A DNA stretch of 64,000 bases from Eledone cirrhosa. Its lineage: Eukaryota. Shown piece after piece: positions 28,088 through 42,795 of the stretch (positions within the stretch are counted from its first letter, which is position 1; every line of letters starts with the position of its first letter). The notes beneath the pieces are model-generated. The model was not told where the DNA came from. It saw only the letters and a program-made list of their open reading frames with translations, and made no database searches. Location: positions 272,924,001 through 272,988,000 of the forward strand of contig OZ024743.1 of NCBI GenBank assembly GCA_964016885.1, given 5' to 3'. The position numbers were made by a program, and so were the translations under genes.

Positions 28088-29736
28088 TGAACGACTAACT
28101 TTATTCATATGTAACTCATTAGCAACCCGCAGCACGTTTTTCTCATATTTAGACATATTTGTTCCCCCGCTGTTACACGTCTATTTCGTTCTTACTGCTT
28201 CCTCTTTCTCTGTATCTTTACCCTCTCTAGCAGTCACTCTCTCTGTTAGCCTCTTCCTCACCCTTCACTCACTCAGTCTCTGTTACTACCTCTCCTCCTC
28301 CTCCTTCTTCCCGTTTGGCCTGTGCGTAATTCTTTTCTTTCGCACTCTTGGTCTGGCAGGTCGCTTTTTTTTCTCTCTCTCTCGTCTACAGAACTTACGT
28401 TCACCGAAATCACAGACTAGATCCCTTCTTCCTCCCGTTAGACCTGTACGGAATTCCTTCCTTGCTTACATTCCAACCAGGTTTGATGGTCTTTATTCTC
28501 TCTCGTTCACGATTTCACCGAATTTAAATTCATAGAAATTTGGGACTTGACTCCTTCTTCCTCACTTTCTGTTGCTTCACCATTTTGTTTGTTTACACTC
28601 GTGTCCCCTTTAATTACGTGTCCCAACGACTTTTTTTAGCCGTTGCTCGCACCAACCGGAGGTATATGGTCTTTAAAGCGATGAAATACCAATGATGGTT
28701 GGAAGATCACTGATGAAGGACTAACTTTATTCATATATATATATATATATATTTCTCTCTCTCTCTCCATTCGAAGATTCTAAAATCTCTTGGTATGTGA
28801 TTGTTTGGAATGTGAATACTTTTTGGAATATTTCCTTTCCCTGCTTATTCTGCTCTACATATTTATAGGTTTTTTTCTTATGAAATTTAAATATAATCGA
28901 AATTATGTAATGATACAAGTGTTGATTTTTTGTTTTTACTTACGATATATGTTTTCTAAGGAAAACATGTATTTAAAAATTATATTATATCTATTTACCT
29001 CCTTCGCTTCGTTGTTGAATGTACTATGTAATATTAAGAATAAATTATTGTATAAAATTGATTAATAATTTTTCGTGAATAATTTATTAGAAGTAAATGT
29101 AACTAAACGTATGGAACATCAAAATATTTATGATTGATTACAAATTTGAACAGTGTTTTCTTATATATTAAAGAGAATTAAAAGCAATATTCACCAGTAT
29201 ATTATTTGCCAACTACATGGAAGTATAAAATTGATTAAATAGTCATTTGAAGAGAATATTTATTATCTGTTAGCTCTATGACGTAGACCGAACGCTTAAA
29301 GATGTCACGTCACAGAAATAGGGTTACGAGTTGGATTCCACCGTATGTTAAAATGTGTTGAACATAACCATGTGGATTTCTGTCTGATCAACTGTGTTTC
29401 ACAAGTGCAGTTATGTCAGCATGTGTACTGAGTTATACTGAATCTCTCTGTCTTTAGAATACTTAGTTACTTACACATTAAATTAGTCAGTAGGCCCTTT
29501 AGTTAATTGAATACATGGAATATTCTTCGTCGAATTTGACGGAGCGTCATATGTTTTACTTTATGCATTATAACTTATATTTTAAATACGTCTGCTACAA
29601 AAGTTCATTTGAATTTGAAACACCACTAGTTACTTTGTTGGTGACCAGACCATCTTGTGTTACAGGTATACAATCATTCTCGCTGGGGAAAGAGCAGAGT
29701 TGATCTCAGCTTGTTTGAACGCATTATTAATATTAT

Positions 29737-30069
29737 TGAGTTCAAATCCCGCCGAGGTTTACTTTGCCATTCATCCTTACGGGGTCGATAAAATAAAGTA
29801 CCAGTAATATACTGAGAAATTGTTGGCCTTGTGCCAAAAGTAGAAACAATTATTAATATTATTGTTCAAGGGGGGTGGATTGGCAGTATCGGTAGAGGGT
29901 CGGATGCCATGCTTTGCAGCAAAGAGTTACGGCCCTTTATGGTCTGAGTTCAAATCCCGCCGAGGTTAACTTTGCCTTTGATCCTTACGGGGTCGATAAA
30001 ATAAAGTACCAGTAATGCACTGCGATAATTGCTGCCCTTGTGTCAAAAGTAGAAACAATTATTATTATT
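29737..30069 (+). mobile_element. Tandem SINE S1 pair (5'-truncated 29737-29854, full 29870-30069)
   Basis: Two consecutive matches; ATTATTAATATTATTG repeated on both sides of the first copy. Confidence 0.85.
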
Positions 30070-33000
30070 GTTCAACCGCAGACGGCCACAATCTTTACCC
30101 CAGCAATCGCAATTTTATTAATGAGTTGTGTTCCCGTAGTCGAGTGATTATCTGCAGGCATTGATGGAATTAGAATCGGGATTTAATGTAGGAAATAAAG
30201 TCTCGGAACATTCTTCTCATCAGAGGCATCTACTACGACACTCTAATAATTCCACGAATTCACCACCATTGCCTATTATTTTATTGGATCGCTGCTGAAT
30301 AATTGAAAGGCTAATTCCTCCTCGCCGGGATTTGCAAAAATTCATACCTATTCAATGCTCCAATTTACCACCTTAGCACTACAAACGTCTGTAGAGAAAC
30401 TCGTATAGTTTGTTGCAATGTAAATTCAATTCAACATCTTTGTCTGTAGAGTGATGTAAATAGTTATAATATATGTTTTGTATTGTTTCATGAATTGGGA
30501 AGGGCTAACACTTAAAAGAGGTCCCGATATTGTCTGAAATCAGAATTAATTTCTAAAAGACTTTTAAACCAAATTTCCACGAATGTCTGTAACTTCCTGC
30601 ATTGACCAATTTCGAAACACTATGTGGTCTAATTGATTGAATAAACCATTGTATTATAATTGATAATTATCTGACCGAATGCTTAGCCACAGGCAATCTC
30701 AAACCGGTTCAGATATAAAATCCCAAAATGGAGAAATTCTTCAGAGATCTTATCGTTTATACACCGGTTGCATAAACTACGCAGCAGTAACATCTATGAG
30801 CTACAGGCACATATTTGGGTACTCGATTTGCCTTAAGTAATAGCGAAATTATCATAAAATCACACCCCAAATTTGAAATAATCAAGTACCACAATAGACG
30901 ATGTGTCTATGCCCTGTCAGGGATGAACAGGGATTAAACAACGACTTGTTAGTGAAATCAGTTTAAAATCGAGTTGTAGAGCAGGAGAATGCCAAATATG
31001 TATGTAGCCAATGAAGGTCTATTTCGGGGCTATTCGATCTAATAGAATTAGCTCGCAAACCTCATTCAAATCACAGCTGACATTTAATAGGAGAATAAAA
31101 ATACATAAACTAATTTATCCTTTGATTCTCTAAACAAAGAAGATATGGCCAGAGCTAAAATGCATCCTACTCATAGGTTCTTAGTTTCATCATTCTGAAG
31201 TTAAATACATGCATTATAAACTAGTAACATAATAAGGTAGATTCCATTCAGTAAATTGTATTAGTCTGGAAATATAGTCGTTTGCATCCTCAAAAGTAAT
31301 ACTGTTTCGCCTTTATCAGATATAATGTTCTTTCTCTACTTTCATTGACCAATAGAATTTACTTAAACCAAACCTTATTTTCAGAAGAGCTAACGCACAC
31401 AGCTCACACACACAACTCACACGCACAGCCCACACATAAACCTTACGCAGAAATCAAAACACATTATTGAAGTCAAATGTACTAAAGCCACATCATCATT
31501 ATTGTCATCACCAGCACCAACATTACATTCCTTACCCTCTCCTCCTCATCATTTAACATATCACCACCACCATCTGTCATTCTGCTTCATCGTAAAATAT
31601 TGATTGTACATGTTTTCAATACTTCAAGGACCAAATGTGCTTTGAAACAGAGAACTGCCAATAATTAAAATAATCAGCACATCTACGGATTAAACGAACG
31701 TTACGATACTTCAAAGTGGCAATAGAGATAAATATCAGAAAAGGAAAAGTAGTTTGAACATTAAGGAAAAGAAAAATATAATTTTCACCGGAGACAGACA
31801 AAGAAGGGGGAGAGTAAGAGACATGGTCTTTCGCTTTCTGAGACGAATACGCAAACAGTCACAGAAAGCATATTGTATTTATCTTTCAGCTGTGTAGGTA
31901 TTTCTATAGTATCAGTATATTGCAATAGCGGAATTATAGATATTCTTTTGTGTTGCTTTAAGAAAGAAAGGTTTCTTTAGGTTGACTTACTCATCTTACA
32001 AACCATACAAGACATTAACATTGAATTTTCGAATAATTTCATTATAATGTTCAGAACGCACATGTATTTTAATTCTATGATTACCTTGTACGTTTAACAT
32101 TGTGCACAGAGAAACGTTTTATATTACTAATGAACTCCCTTTGTTCTGTGGCTTTGTTCTTTTATTTATTAATTTATTTTAGCTATACTAGTAAACAATT
32201 GTATTTGGTGTTAAAATGAGCACATTGAAACACAATGCCAACATATTTACACATGCAACTTTATTTAATTCTAAATTTCTATTGTATAGTGAGCTATCAG
32301 TGTAATGAAAAGAAGCAATCTAAATCCTACAGCACGCATACAACACAATATAACGAATGTATTATCTGCATTTGTACGGAATCCGTAGTATTCCCTATTC
32401 TTTATACATTAAATATCTCAGGGTGTGAACAAGTCTTAAATATTTCCCTCCATGAACCAGAGTTTAAAATGTGCGTATCTTAACATGGACGAGTTTGTAT
32501 AATAGATTCCCTGTGGTTTCATTTAACTGTATCTTTATTTAATTTAGCTAGATTTCCATAACAATACTTAGTATGGGTCAAATAACAGTTGCGGGGTATG
32601 TAGTTTTCATTTAGAGAGTGCACTCAGAACATATTGGATGATTACTGTTTAAAATTGCATGATTAGTGAATAATTTTCCTGGAAATTTACATCCATTAAA
32701 CACATATGTAACGCAAAGTAGTTGCGTATTAGATGGTGTTTGACAGGGTTCGGATTTGAGTGAAACATGTCCATATGTGATACCATCATTTAGCATTGTC
32801 ATAACATTTTGAAGTCCTCTTTCTTGTCTCACTCTAAAAGTAATGCCTTTAACTCTAATACTTTCATTAACTGATAATTTCAGCTGATAAAAAGGGACTT
32901 AAACGCCTCTACATAATGTTACTTAGTTCGGAATTAACCGTTTTAACAGTTTTATTCAACCATTATTTTCAGAAGAACACTCACGTTCTCATAATGAAGA

Positions 33001-33561
33001 CTTATTGATAACTGTAAGCCACAATATATAAACATTACGGTGCTTTAAATGTCAAATGTTATGGAAGTCTATATATATAGGCGTGAAATCTTGAGCAGAG
33101 AATATAGAATGTTTTCTAGGTCATTATACACAGACAAGGAAACCTTTTAAAAACTGAATGTATTGGATTCAACGAATAATATTTCCAGTTTATAACGTCG
33201 TTCATGCGGCATGAAATCTACGGTCTGCCTAAAGCGAATGAAGTGTTTAGAACTATTCAAAACGTACTACAGCACACTCTAAATGGTTTTAATTATTTAG
33301 AAAAATATTATTGACAATTGGATCTATAATCAAAGTCCTTGCAAACCATCTAAGCTAAGCCGTATAATTGAACAATACACTTTATTTTACCCATGTTACA
33401 TTCTTTGGAAATAGTGGTAAAGCTGTGAGAGTATCCTATCCAGAGGAACATATATATTATATATGAACTCTCGTTCAAAACATCAGCTAAGCATTTTTGT
33501 AACCAATCTCTAACTGAATGGATTAGAAGTTATTTGCACATTTCTCACACGAGAAACACAC

Positions 33562-33610
<49 letters not shown>

Positions 33611-33832
33611 GGGGTAACAAATAATAGTTAAATGCAGTCCACTTAGGTATAGTACAGTGATGGTATTCCAGGTAGTGGATGATATTAACGCTTGGCTTGG
33701 TTTGACTCAACAAGGCGTTTCCATAGTGATGCTGCGGGTATGCTGTAATTCCTATGTTGGAAACACTTGGAGTAATAATAAATCAGGAAAGAAGGTTGAC
33801 ATGGTTTGCTATACAATAAAGGTTCTTAATCT

Positions 33833-33945
33833 CATAGCTGACAATTGTTTCTCTGAACTGGTAGGTCTAGAGATCGCTATTCGCTTATTTTCACGTTACT
33901 CGATCGCCAATACAAAATTATAACCAGTCAGATCTTCGGAGCATG
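33833..33945 (-). ncRNA. Type I hammerhead, CCGAAGA core variant, ~80-nt stem II
   Basis: Inverted copy of 34146-34258. Confidence 0.65.
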
Positions 33946-34145
33946 CGAGAATGAAGAGAATACACAGGCAAGAAAAGAATATACAGGCTACTATATGATA
34001 TAGTAGCCTGTATATTATTTTCTTGGCTACTATATGATATAGTAGCCTACTATATGATATAGTAGCCTGTATATGATATAGTAGCCTGTATATGATATAG
34101 TAGCCTGTATATTCTTTTCTTGCCCGTGTATTCTCTTCATTCTCG

Positions 34146-34258
34146 CATGCTCCGAAGATCTAACTGGTTATAATTTTGTATTGGCGATCGAGTAACGTGA
34201 AAATAAGCGAATAGCGATCTCTAGACCTACCAGTTCAGAGAAACAATTGTCAGCTATG
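34146..34258 (+). ncRNA. Type I hammerhead, CCGAAGA core variant, ~80-nt stem II
   Basis: CATGCT-CCGAAGA-TCTAACTGGT...ACCAGTTCAGA-GAAA-CAATT-GTC-AGCtATG; palindromic stem III ACAATTGT; GUC triplet. Confidence 0.7.
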
Positions 34259-34329
34259 AGATTAAAAATCTTTTTTGTATAGCAAACCATGTCAATCTTC
34301 TTTCCTGATATATATATATATATATATAT

Positions 34330-34506
34330 AACGAAGGAAATGTGGTAAGGAACCAGATGGACCATAACGCACCAAAGTACTCAATACTTAGGGTAGTAGA
34401 GTGGGTAATAGGAACAAGTAGGACCTCGACGGCTGAGCTCAAGCGGTTTCGACGGGTAATTCTGGACTCGAAATGGCTTGAGCACAGCCGCTCCTACTTG
34501 TTCCTA
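34330..34506. mobile_element. Fold-back mini element, family B
   Basis: Matches 46593-46785 and 48138-48332; inverted arms around CTGGACTC; (TA)n flanks. Confidence 0.8.
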
Positions 34507-34519
34507 TATATATATAAAT

Positions 34520-34635
<116 letters not shown>

Positions 34636-34659
34636 ATATATATATATATATATATATAT

Positions 34660-35220
34660 AGGAACAAGTAGGAGCAAGATTCTTTATCTGAAAACGTGTG
34701 TTGAAACCGATATTGTTATGCTTTGGGATGGTCATGTTGCCAATAAGAAACACACGCACCAGTTGCTTTCACTCCAATTTATTATAAATTAAATATCTGA
34801 ATTTAAGAATTTATAAATTTCCGGTTGGTTGGTTGGTTCCATAACCGGACGGTTGTTCATATATTGTCAAAGTTATTTCGTCACACATTCTGTAACCTCC
34901 TCAGTGAGTGGGGATTCTTTTCTTTGTTTTGTGCCTCTCCTTTGTTCTGTTCTACGCCATCAAAAACAAGATGGTGTAGGACAGAACAAAGGAGAGGCAC
35001 AAAACAAAGAAAAGAATCCCCAGTCACTGAAGAGGTCACAGAATGTGTGACGAAAGAACTTTGACAATATATGAACAACCGTCCGGTTATGGAACCAACC
35101 AACCAACCGGAAATTTATAAATTCTTAAATTTATAAATTTAATTAATAATAAATTGGAGTGAAGCAACTGGAGCGTGTGTTTCTTATTAGCAACATGACC
35201 CTGCCAAAGCATAACAATAT
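34660..35220. mobile_element. Fold-back pLTR element (family A), ~250-bp arms with 8-nt spacer, hammerhead in each arm
   Basis: Arms 34710-34961/34970-35220; left arm has a ~50-nt extra tail; (TA)n on both sides. Confidence 0.9.
35023..35065 (+). ncRNA. Type I hammerhead (family A); decayed minus-strand partner at 34866-34908
   Basis: GTCA-CTGAAGA-g-GTCACAgaatgTGTGAC-GAAA-GAAC-TT-TGAC. Confidence 0.75.
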
Positions 35221-37331
35221 ATATATATATACTCGTACTCTGCAGTGCGGTGCGACAACATCGGTGCTTTGAATTATGGGCCCTCGTGTTGTCAGCTATG
35301 TAGGCTAGAGAATCGTGAAACGAGTGTTTTGCTTCTCTAAGAACGCAAAGCACTTCCTGACCCAGGAAACGGACATATGCCTATATTATTGTGAGATGAG
35401 CAATCTTACCACGAAGCCATATGCCTTTACTATGTCCATGTAGTACAGCCTAGATGCGGCGAAATTATATTTCACACGAATTTCAAAATTTATGATTGTT
35501 TTTTTAAAATCATTTAACATATTTACTATATCACTTGGAATTTATGAATTTGCAGGAGCATATTGAAAAAAGTAATCTCGTTAAATTAAATTAAAACGTT
35601 GCTAATGAAGTAAATTGTGAAATGAAAATTTGATTGTATAAATGATATATTTTATTACGTATTTTAAAAAGAAAATTCTCAGTGTTTTATCTGTATGCAC
35701 GTAGACAAGCATACACTCACGCTGATAAACACATGCAACCCAGCCTCAATCAGAAATAGATATGCAAGTATGTGAGGAGAGAGCATCAGTCCAGTATATA
35801 AAAAATTTATAAACAAAAAGGAAATATTTGCAATTTTGCATTATGAATTTCGAATAAAAGGTAGTTCTGGCATACATGGCATTGAGCCTCCGTGAGGATT
35901 TTGCAGCATGTGAAATGGAGATACTATATGACGATGGAATTTATCAGTTTCGGGAAAGGGCTTCTTTGATTCTCAAATTACAGATATTCCTCATTGTCAC
36001 TCTGATTGCGATTCCAATGATCTAGTTTACACTTTTCTCTAGATGCCTTTAAGCGATCATACTGATATGCTCGTGTACCTTATATTTAGATTCCAGAGGG
36101 CACTTCCGATATATAAGCAGCCGCATCTTTGACATTTAAGTAGCGAGACCGTGGAATAAAATGTCGTCGAGTATTTGTTCTGACTCGTTGCAATTTTAGT
36201 TCAACTCACAACGAGGTCCCGTTTGCTATTCACCCATTTCAGATTGATTAGGTGATTAGCAGATTCGTGGATATTTTAGGTTGTCAAACTCGAAGCTTTC
36301 TTTCAGTCACTTTATGTAGTTAGTTGAAATCTTGTTGTAGCATACATGAGTAGTAACACTAATTTGTTGTCAGATTTATCACAACCATCTGTCCTTTGGG
36401 CGCATTTAGCGGGTTCAAACTTACTGCAAGTTTCGTACCAAAGCGCAGGTCTCTGGATTAAGGATACATTCTTCCCTTACTCTCATCAGTATTTGAGGCC
36501 CTGAAAACGATCAGACGCATCAACTTTTTCTGCCAAACTACAATTGGAGAGACAACGTCATATACAAACCTAACCCGTACATATGTGCTACTTGTTCCTA
36601 ATGTAGTTGGCCTATATGTTGACATCACGCCTACTTGAGCCATCATCATACATATACGGTATGTTTAATAAATAAACATTTTGAATGCCCAGCTATGAAT
36701 ATTGAAATGCTGACGGGCTATCGTCGACTAGCGGATTTCAGCTGAAGGTTTAACTGCTTATACGTATTTCGAGTTGGTGGTTCTCATCGGGACAGTGCTT
36801 CCTTGATACTCCTTGCTGGAACTTGAGAACAGGTGAGAATATATATAGGTGGGCTGATTAGCCTCATTTGCATATGAAGCTGCATAAGCTAGCTCAACTT
36901 AAAAGTAGAATTAAAATTGAGCTTCAACATAGCTATATACACATATGTATGCAAATCTCGTATATCTAACAATATATATTCGAATAAACATATAATCTGT
37001 AAAATGTTTACCTTGTGTTGTGCGCAGAAATAATGTTATCCGATAATTCATTAAGAATATGAGCAAGAAGCCTTTGTTAATTATTTTCTATCATTTTATA
37101 AAAAACTGTACTATTTTCTACTCAAATTGTGACAATCAAATAATAACTTATTTCAGATAATCGGAAAAAAAAAAAAAAAAAAAGAATTCCATGTATCCGT
37201 TAAAATAGACACCCGAGATAGTAACTTTTTAATTATTGATTATTTTCAAGGATTCAGTGTGTTAATTATAATGGAACTTCATGACAGAAAAGAGCAGCAA
37301 GACTATTTTTCAAACAATATTTAATTAAGAG

Positions 37332-37514
37332 ATAATTGTTTCTACTATTGGCAGAAGGCCAGCAATTATCCAGTACATTACTGGTACTTTATTTTAATCA
37401 CCCCGTAAGGATGAAAGGCAAAGTTAACCGCGGCGTGATTTGAACTCAGAAATGGCAAGGGTCGTAACTCTATGCGTCAAAGCATGGCGTCCGACCCTCT
37501 ACCGATACTGCCAA
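37332..37514 (-). mobile_element. SINE S1
   Basis: Match to other copies. Confidence 0.85.
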
Positions 37515-37611
37515 GAGATAATGCTTCAGATTTCGTTTGGATGAAATTCATAGCGTTATTCATTTATTCATTGTAACATATTCTGTATACACACACATGC
37601 ATATATATATA

Positions 37612-37799
<188 letters not shown>

Positions 37800-37800
<1 letters not shown>

Positions 37801-38860
37801 TGAGTTATTTGCTAACCAGTTGCGGTCAAAAGCGATATATTCCGGTACTCTTAAATATTATCTTGCCATATTTTTGGGGCGGTCTCCACCTTTTAATCGA
37901 GCCGTGCAAATTTTCCATGAATACTCTATAACACCTTAACAAACTGCGATGTCTTTGATTCTATGTAATAAGATAATCGTTATATTGGATCCCAGCATGT
38001 CTCTTCCTTATTAATTTTTTTCTGTATCTCAGAATTACAACTGGTTATAGATATTAGAGCTCACAAAAGCTGTATTTAATTCCCATCTTGCTTTTTGAGA
38101 GCTCGATCTTCTCTGCTCTATGGGTAATAAGGGTTTTGTACCATAGTGTAAACTCTCGATTCCTGTTTGAAGCCTCTTATTTTCCTATTTTGCCATATAT
38201 TCTATCTTAGCATGAGCCACGTTGTCTGTTGCAAATATCTCGAAAGCCAGATGACACACAACTCTCAGTATATCTGAAATAATTCACTATTTCCACATGT
38301 ACATCAACCATTGACAATTTTGCAGAACTTGTCGATGAAGGTGTGTTTTTGCCTGGTGTTACCTTCAGATCCCAGATTCAGCTAGGTTAAAGAATTTGCT
38401 CAATATTTTCAATCAATTTTCTCTTTCAGTTCGAAATTCAAGTAATGCCCACGACATAGTGTAGATGCATGTTCAATTCGTGTTTGATGTGGAGCTTTCC
38501 CTATGGGTGGCACAGGTTTTAGACCAAGTTGTAAATGTAACCGTTGAACAGGTTTAATGTCAAAATGTAACTGACTCACTCTGAAATGGTCTTTCAAGGT
38601 ATTAGTCAAACCATTCCATCGCTACCGCACAGTTGTTCTGTTGCACATGTCTTTACTTCGACCGATTATCATAGGGTTGATACACAACTTCGGAAGTGCT
38701 GACCATTTAATTTCTGTGCACGCTGTGCCGAATGCAACTTAAAGGTCTATGGAATGTATATTGTTGCAGAATTTGATGCCGCTTGTTGTTTCCGGCAGCT
38801 CATGTACTATAAAATCGCATGCGTCGTATTCCGATCTGTTTTGAAACCGTCTTCCTTATA
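37800..38860 (-). mobile_element. Possible very decayed mariner remnant
   Basis: Weak similarity of minus-strand translations near 38660-38830 (HAIL*Y..., W..HFRS..) to the mariner N-terminal HTH; no catalytic motifs recovered. Confidence 0.25.
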
Positions 38861-39932
38861 TGCCTTGTCCTAAGCATCTGTCCTAAACATCTGCAATGGG
38901 ATCGATAACAATCCTACTTCCTTGTAATTAATAGACCAAGACTGTTTTCATTTTGTACATGGAACAAATACGTTATGCGGTTAAATAACTGGGGAGACAG
39001 AGTAACTGGGACCAATATTAAACAATGAACGATAGTCTTTCACTATTCGACAATATTCGGAAGCTCGAGATCCAGAAGACCAAATGTGTGACTGCTGCTT
39101 CGCTCTGTGGCTCCATGATCTCGGGAAATATTTGACTAACGCAAAGATAGATGTCAGAATATGAAACATATAATACTCACGAGCTACGATGAAATAACTG
39201 CTGACATATTCAAATATGGGCAAGATATTGTTGCTTTTTGGAAAAGAATGTTCAACAAAATTATCGATGAAGAATAATAACATATTTGAGATATTTGTTT
39301 TTATTATCGTTAAATGAGTATTAGTTCGTACTAAGAAAATATAATCTATAATATAAGAGAAACAGTTCAATTAGTAATATCTGCAATCTGCTTTTGTAAC
39401 AGAAGTCCTATATGAAATAATGTGATTTATGTGTATAACTGTGTGGTAGATGTGATAATTAATCACTTGCCAAGTGTCTGAAATGTAAGTTGTAGTTGAT
39501 GGTGCAGATAGATGTGAAGTTGAATACGATTAACTGCAAACGTTAAGTGAATCATCTTCAAACGTGATTCGCAGTATTATCCAATATCGAAGATGTTCAT
39601 CTTTTAAATAATTGCAAAATATTATATAATCAATATTAATCATATAGAAAATAAAAGGTAGTCAGTACGTATTACAAGCGGTGTAGTAAGTAATTGACAG
39701 TTCCCCCTTCAATCGAACAAATATATTTGCACTAGAAACGAACCAATATTAGTAGTGCTGTTCTAATCAAAATGTCCATTTCTGTGATTTAAATGATGTA
39801 TCTATGACTGAAAAAAATAGGATCAGCGGCAATCATTGATTTCGGAAGTTTTCCGGTCCTGAATAATATGAGAAGATTGGAATCTTGCAGAATGCGGGGT
39901 TAGTTTTGCCGTAGACTTCTGTCCCATTCAAA

Positions 39933-40592
<660 letters not shown>

Positions 40593-41685
40593 GTGTTATA
40601 ACGATCAAATTTTAGTTTAGAACATTTATTTGCTGACAATTGTTTCTTCAAGAGGAAAGTCTGGAATCATCGGAGCATAGGGAATGTTGAAACATGTAAC
40701 TAAAATCCTAGTAATTTAGAACATTTAGAGTACATAATTGTTGTTAGTGTCAAAGGCATCATGTGGAGAGTCAGGAGTTAGAAAGTTGTTTTGCTTGAAG
40801 GAAAACAATTACAGGCAGCACTGGTTTAGAGTGTAAGATGTATAAGCGAAAAGCACAAACAAACAAAATTATTCAGGGAAAAAAATACAGGGAAAAAAAG
40901 TTACAAGCAAGGAAAATTGTTGTACAATGCAGGAGTCAATACAGTCAATAAGGCATGCACGAGGAAAGAGTTATAATGCAGTTGAAATAAACATATTTTG
41001 TGAGGGGTGTTAAATCATGTTATAATTGTTATAAATTTTAAAGATAGTGTGCAATTTGTTAGAGCGGCATGTGGTGATAATGTAGGTATTTGTTATGCAA
41101 GGTGTAATGCAAAGCTCGTGATAGAGCTGGATATGTGATTTTCATTCAAGTGTTTTTGTTTTGTAGTTCGTATGTTGTGTTGTAGTGTGTATGTTGTTTG
41201 TGACCCACAGCTATTAATCATGGGATTATTTTGAGTCGCTTATAGTCAATAGGTGTGTGTTTGTTAAATGTCAATTCCACCGAATTACTGGACATGTTGT
41301 TATTGTAGGTATATAATCTTATGCATTTTTTTCTTTCAAATTATCTTTTTTAGGGTTTGTATTAACCGTTATTAAGCTGTTGGTAAACCATTAGGTTGCT
41401 TAATTTTATGAGTTTACACAGGAAGTTGTAAAGGGGGTTAATAACATAGGGAGGTAATTAATGTTGTTGATAAATTAAGGGTTGTTTTAATATTGTAGTA
41501 GTGTTATAAATTAATCTTTATAGAGTATATAAAATATTATTGGTTATATAATTGTTATCCTTTAAACTTGTGTGGAGGGAGTTAAAAAAATGTTTTAAAA
41601 TTATTTTATTATAACTAGATAGTTTTTACATAGTTAGTATATGTATATATAATATAATGTATATATATATATATGTGTGAGAATG

Positions 41686-41722
<37 letters not shown>

Positions 41723-41730
41723 GTGTGAGA

Positions 41731-41775
<45 letters not shown>

Positions 41776-42130
41776 TTGTGTAGAGAGAGTTGAGGTTTTT
41801 TATGGCAGGATAGTGAGTTGCATAATATATAGTAATTGGGGTTATATACACCGTTGTCTGCTATTTAGTTGGTGTTGTATATTGAGAGTATATTAGAGTG
41901 TTTATATTATTTAAATATTTTAATTGTATAAGGTAAGAGATCAAATAAGGGGTTTATTGACTGTATGTAAGTTAGTGTGGTCTTTTAATTAAGGTGTACT
42001 CCTATATGTATGAAGGTCTAATTGAATAAGTTAAAAGGTCTCGGTCTAGTGTTATCTCCAAGATTGGTCTTTATTTTTATTTTTATTATTATTAATATTA
42101 CTTACTAGGTTTGAAGTAGTGGAACGAGAA
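40593..42130 (-). mobile_element. PLE 3' region (AC-rich UTR leading to a pLTR hammerhead)
   Basis: Strong strand bias like other PLE UTRs here; ends in the hammerhead at 40631-40677. Confidence 0.5.
40631..40677 (-). ncRNA. Type I hammerhead, CCGATGA core variant
   Basis: Minus strand TGCT-CCGATGA-TTC...GAA-GAAA-CAATT-GTC-AGCA; stem III ACAATTGT. Confidence 0.7.
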
Positions 42131-42164
42131 TCTATGGTAATGTGGACACCTGGAGAAGATCTCT

Positions 42165-42360
42165 GATTTCCTATTTAATCTCCCGTTCAACTTAAATGTA
42201 TCAACAAACATACCTAAAGCTTTCTACTCTACTATAGAAAAAGACTTCCCAACTAACCATAAATACTACAACCTATTTAACAAAAATACAATTAAAATCT
42301 CCTACTCCACCACACCTAACATAACAGACCATATACCCAGCACCAACATAGAAAGATTAA
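42165..42360 (+). pseudogene. Hydra-type PLE RT-EN linker fragment
   Basis: LFNLPFNLNVSTNIPKAFYSTIEKDFPTNHKYYNLFNKNTIKISYSTTPN, homologous to 14430-14585 and 59408-59560. Confidence 0.75.
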
Positions 42361-42795
42361 AAAGTACTTCAAATTACAGCAAAGTAATAATGTCCAGCAT
42401 AGAAATAACCTCAACAATAACACAATACAAGACCATACAGCAAATCACACTAATAATACTTATAATAATAATACTTACCATAATCATAATACTAGAAGTA
42501 GAAACAGAAACAAATAAATGTTCTAAACTAAAATTTGATCGATATAACACTTTGTATCTCGGCTCTGTAAAACACTTGAAAATTTGCATTGAGCCTTTCG
42601 TCATACCGGTAACCGAGTAGTACTTAGTACTACCCTCCATATTTATAGTTGTATCAAACATATATAAATATAAATATTCTTATTACTATATATATATATA
42701 TATGTATATGTACATACATATATGTATATATGTATATATATATAGGTATATATATATATATATGTGTATGTATATATATATAGGTATATATATAT

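Larger units (their letters stand above)
33782..34309. mobile_element. Fold-back pLTR element (family D), ~215-bp arms, each with a hammerhead
   Basis: Arms 33782-33996/34095-34309; centre is reiterated GATATAGTAGCCTGTATAT; right end in (TA)n. Confidence 0.85.

Noticed and set aside
28093-28736. Hammerhead at GAAA(28683)...CTGATGA(28710) in a segment flanked by an 18-bp direct repeat
   Set aside because: Could not form stems I-III convincingly; the segment may be a PLE end but this is unsupported
33978-34112. CRISPR-like or minisatellite array
   Set aside because: No unique spacers, no cas genes and a eukaryotic context; explained as a stuttered hairpin
39040-39230. Helitron PIF1 helicase remnant (FALWLHDLG)
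   Set aside because: One short motif among stops; needs a profile search
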